A stretch of 64,000 nucleotides of DNA, from NCBI GenBank assembly GCA_950097015.1, contig CATNEN010000001.1, forward strand, positions 18,538,001-18,602,000. The letters run 5' to 3'. Shown here in pieces: positions 61,621 through 64,000 of the stretch (positions within the stretch are counted from its first letter, which is position 1; each line of letters opens with the position of its first letter). The notes under the pieces were generated by a model that did not search any database, was not told where the DNA came from, and saw only the letters and a list, made by a program, of their open reading frames with translations. The stretch is from Macrostomum hystrix. Lineage: Eukaryota; Animalia; Platyhelminthes. A program made the position numbers and the translations under genes.

Positions 61621-62694
61621 AGCCTATATATAAATATAATATATGTGCTATGTTATTTATTTTTCTGCTCTGTTTAATACATTTAAAACCAACAAGCTAA
61701 CCAACAACTCTCTTAACCACCTTATCCTTTTCAAACAGGTTAAGGAATGGCAAGATTCTCAATCTGCATGTACGAGAGCTTACTGGAACTTCTACTGTAT
61801 CTGGTGCTTGGCCAACAAGAGCTAGCCTGAATGCTGCTGCCATCCAAGATTATGAAAGGCATGATTGACTATAGCTCACTGTTAACTGACAGATCTTTGC
61901 TTCTTAATGCCTAAGCATGACCAAAACTGCATGCCACATACCTAGGCTAAACTAGCTAATAAGTAATAAAACATTTTTCATGATAATTAGTTCTCATATC
62001 ATATAGCTATATAACAGTTTCTTTCTTTCACTGTTTCAATAGAATAGGCACTTGTGAAAGCCCAAGAATAAACAGAAGTTAGACTTGAAGTATCTAGAGC
62101 AGAAAATAGGAGTTGTAACCTAGCTATATAGTATATAGGCATTTAAGCCTCACTTGGTACAATTCATTATAATATGGTGCAAAAATATGTATTTTTTGCT
62201 AAATAAAAGTAAATGTACACTATGCGCTTTAAAGTAACTCTCTTTTTGTAAAAAATATTCCTGTGGCTTCATAATATATCCTAACTAAGCTACAATGACA
62301 TTGCTGATCAAATAGACTTTCACTTAATAATTAACTTATATATAGATAAACCACAAAGTGATGGCGAGTTTGATATCGGTGTTTATATTCACTTTGTCTT
62401 GTCTAATGAATTTCAGTGTCTTACTGTGAACAGTTTTTGAGAATTCGTTGATCGAATCGAGAATTCTCACGTACATAATAGCTAATTAATTGAGGATCCG
62501 GTCAGGTCAAAGTGAAAGTTTGCAGTGCATGCGCTTTCAAAAACTTTGCTCAGGCCATTCTTTCGCTTTTAAGCTGCAATTTGAAACTAAAAAAATTGAT
62601 TCTGACTTCTTATTAAGTTTAGTGCAACTGGCTTCTTCTGAGACAAAACTTTTTATTGCCTGCGGTCAAAATACATGTGTTTGTTAAATTTTAC

Positions 62695-63720
62695 ATTCAC
62701 GTCGCCTTTTTACGGACTCAAATCGGACGGAAAACGGACCATCACAATTATGCGATTTCTACCTATTCTATATACTCCTAAATACATAGCTATTCGAGAT
62801 GTAATGCAATTAAAGCAGTTGCCGCATTATCAATCATTTTATACGGCTATTGAGCGGTTTACTGCAGACGGCCGGAATATGCATGGCCGACCAGAAGATC
62901 GAATTGTATACACGCTCAGAATAGTTTGATGATTCCACTATATACTCGTAAATTGCTTCACTGATGCACACAAATTTTATTTCCTAGCTCTCACTGATCA
63001 GTAAAACAGTAAGTATATGTGTAAATAATTTATATCTAAAAACTAAATATTACGATTATACAAACCAAACATTTAACTTGCTGCACTACTAACGTTTAAA
63101 TACGAGTAGTATTTCAAGCATGTTAGGTTCTGTACAGTAGATCAAAAAATTACCTTTTGCGGACTGGAATCGGACTGTTGGAATTACACAATTTTTCATC
63201 TTTTAAATGCATAAGTAACGGAAAATAAAGCCTTTTATGACGTTTTCAGCAGCTAACTCAAGAATTTTTTTATGGAACATCGTCCTCCTCGTCGCCCTTT
63301 TGAGGACTCAAAACGGACCGCGGACGCGTCGGCCTTTTGCGGACTAATTTCGGACTGTACGAATTACACATTTTTTCATCTTTTAAATGCATTTAGAACT
63401 GAAATCAAGGCCTTTTAAGACGTTTTTAGCAGCTAACTCACGAGTAATTTTTTTTGGAACATCGTCCTTCTCGTCGGCCTTTTTCGGACTCAAATCGGAC
63501 CATTTTGGAGCCGGTCGACGCGTCGGCCATTTTCGGACTAAAATCGGACTGTACGAAGTACACATTTTTTCATCTTTTAAATGCATTTATAACTGAAATC
63601 AATACCTCTTAAGACGTTTTCAGCAGCTAATTCGATTTTTTTTTAGCTGAGCTGACATAGGGTTAGATCGGACCGTAGGCGTCGAAAAGACGTCTTTTCG
63701 ACGATGCTTTTTACACCGGG
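62695..63720. repeat. Subterminal repeats of the CACTA right end: CGGACT-N4-TCGGAC motifs, ~190-bp tandem units and a 24-bp palindrome
   Basis: Motifs at ~62713, 63160, 63303, 63340, 63485 and 63535; perfect palindrome CGTCGAAAAGACGTCTTTTCGACG at 63680-63703. Confidence 0.85.
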
Positions 63721-64000
63721 AAGCGACACAAAGGAAAGTGACTGGCGGTTAAGCCCAGAGCGGTTTTCGAGCTACCGCAAATTGCGCAGCGTGACGGCAT
63801 GGGTTCAACGTTTCATCAGCAATTGTCGACTGCAAAAAGATCAGAGGAGAGTGGAAGAGCTCGAGGTTGCCGAGTTGCAAGATGCCGAGGAGGGGATTCT
63901 GCAAATGGCGCAAGAAGAGACATTCAAAGCTGAAATTTAAAAAATCCGTCATGGAAGGCCAGTCTCGTCAACCAGTCAACTCCGCTGTCTTCAACCGTTC
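63721..64000 (+). pseudogene. Continuation of BEL #2 pol after the CACTA insertion
   Basis: SDTKESDWRLSPERFSSYRKLRSVTAWVQRF...ELQDAE...AQEETF, homologous to RFSTLEKLLRVTAWVLR in BEL #1. Confidence 0.9.

Larger units (their letters stand above)
40273..63720 (+). mobile_element. Giant (23,448 bp) CACTA/EnSpm (CMC) DNA transposon with cargo genes
   Basis: TIRs CCCGGTGTAAAAAACATCGTC (40273-40293) and the reverse complement of CCCGGTGTAAAAAGCATCGTC (63700-63720), 20/21 identical; AA TSD at 40271-40272 and 63721-63722; removal rejoins BEL pol in frame (ITLLA|SDTKESDWRLSPERF); internal EnSpm-type transposase. Confidence 0.92.

Overview
Eukaryotic (animal) genomic DNA with GT-AG introns, many of them filled by minisatellites or SINEs. 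The style suggests an invertebrate such as a free-living flatworm, but that is only an inference. The left ~22 kb holds host genes: a PDK1-like kinase (-), an ankyrin-repeat gene, a Mab-21/cGAS-like nucleotidyltransferase, a GRAF/oligophrenin-type BAR-PH-RhoGAP-SH3 gene and an FE65/APBB-like WW-PTB-PTB gene, plus a decayed Mutator-like element. From 24 to 40 kb there is a transposon nest: an RTE LINE 3' fragment, a hAT element inside an unknown pseudogene, and a young BEL/Pao LTR element inserted into the 5' end of an older BEL/Pao element. The main discovery is a ~23.4-kb CACTA/EnSpm-type (CMC) DNA transposon at 40273-63720. It has 21-bp CCCGG TIRs and an AA TSD, and removing it restores the reading frame of the BEL pol it interrupts. 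It carries an apparently intact spliced transposase and a DUF4806/BEN-like partner gene. It also carries intron-containing chromatin/transcription cargo: a PR-Set7/SETD8-like SET methyltransferase with Phe at both active-site Tyr positions and two LKIRL-like motifs, an ETS-domain transcription factor and two orphan ORFs. Duplicated promoter modules and a 2.5-kb 18-bp satellite lie inside it. All exon structures were read by eye and family calls rest on remembered motifs; no database searches were run.
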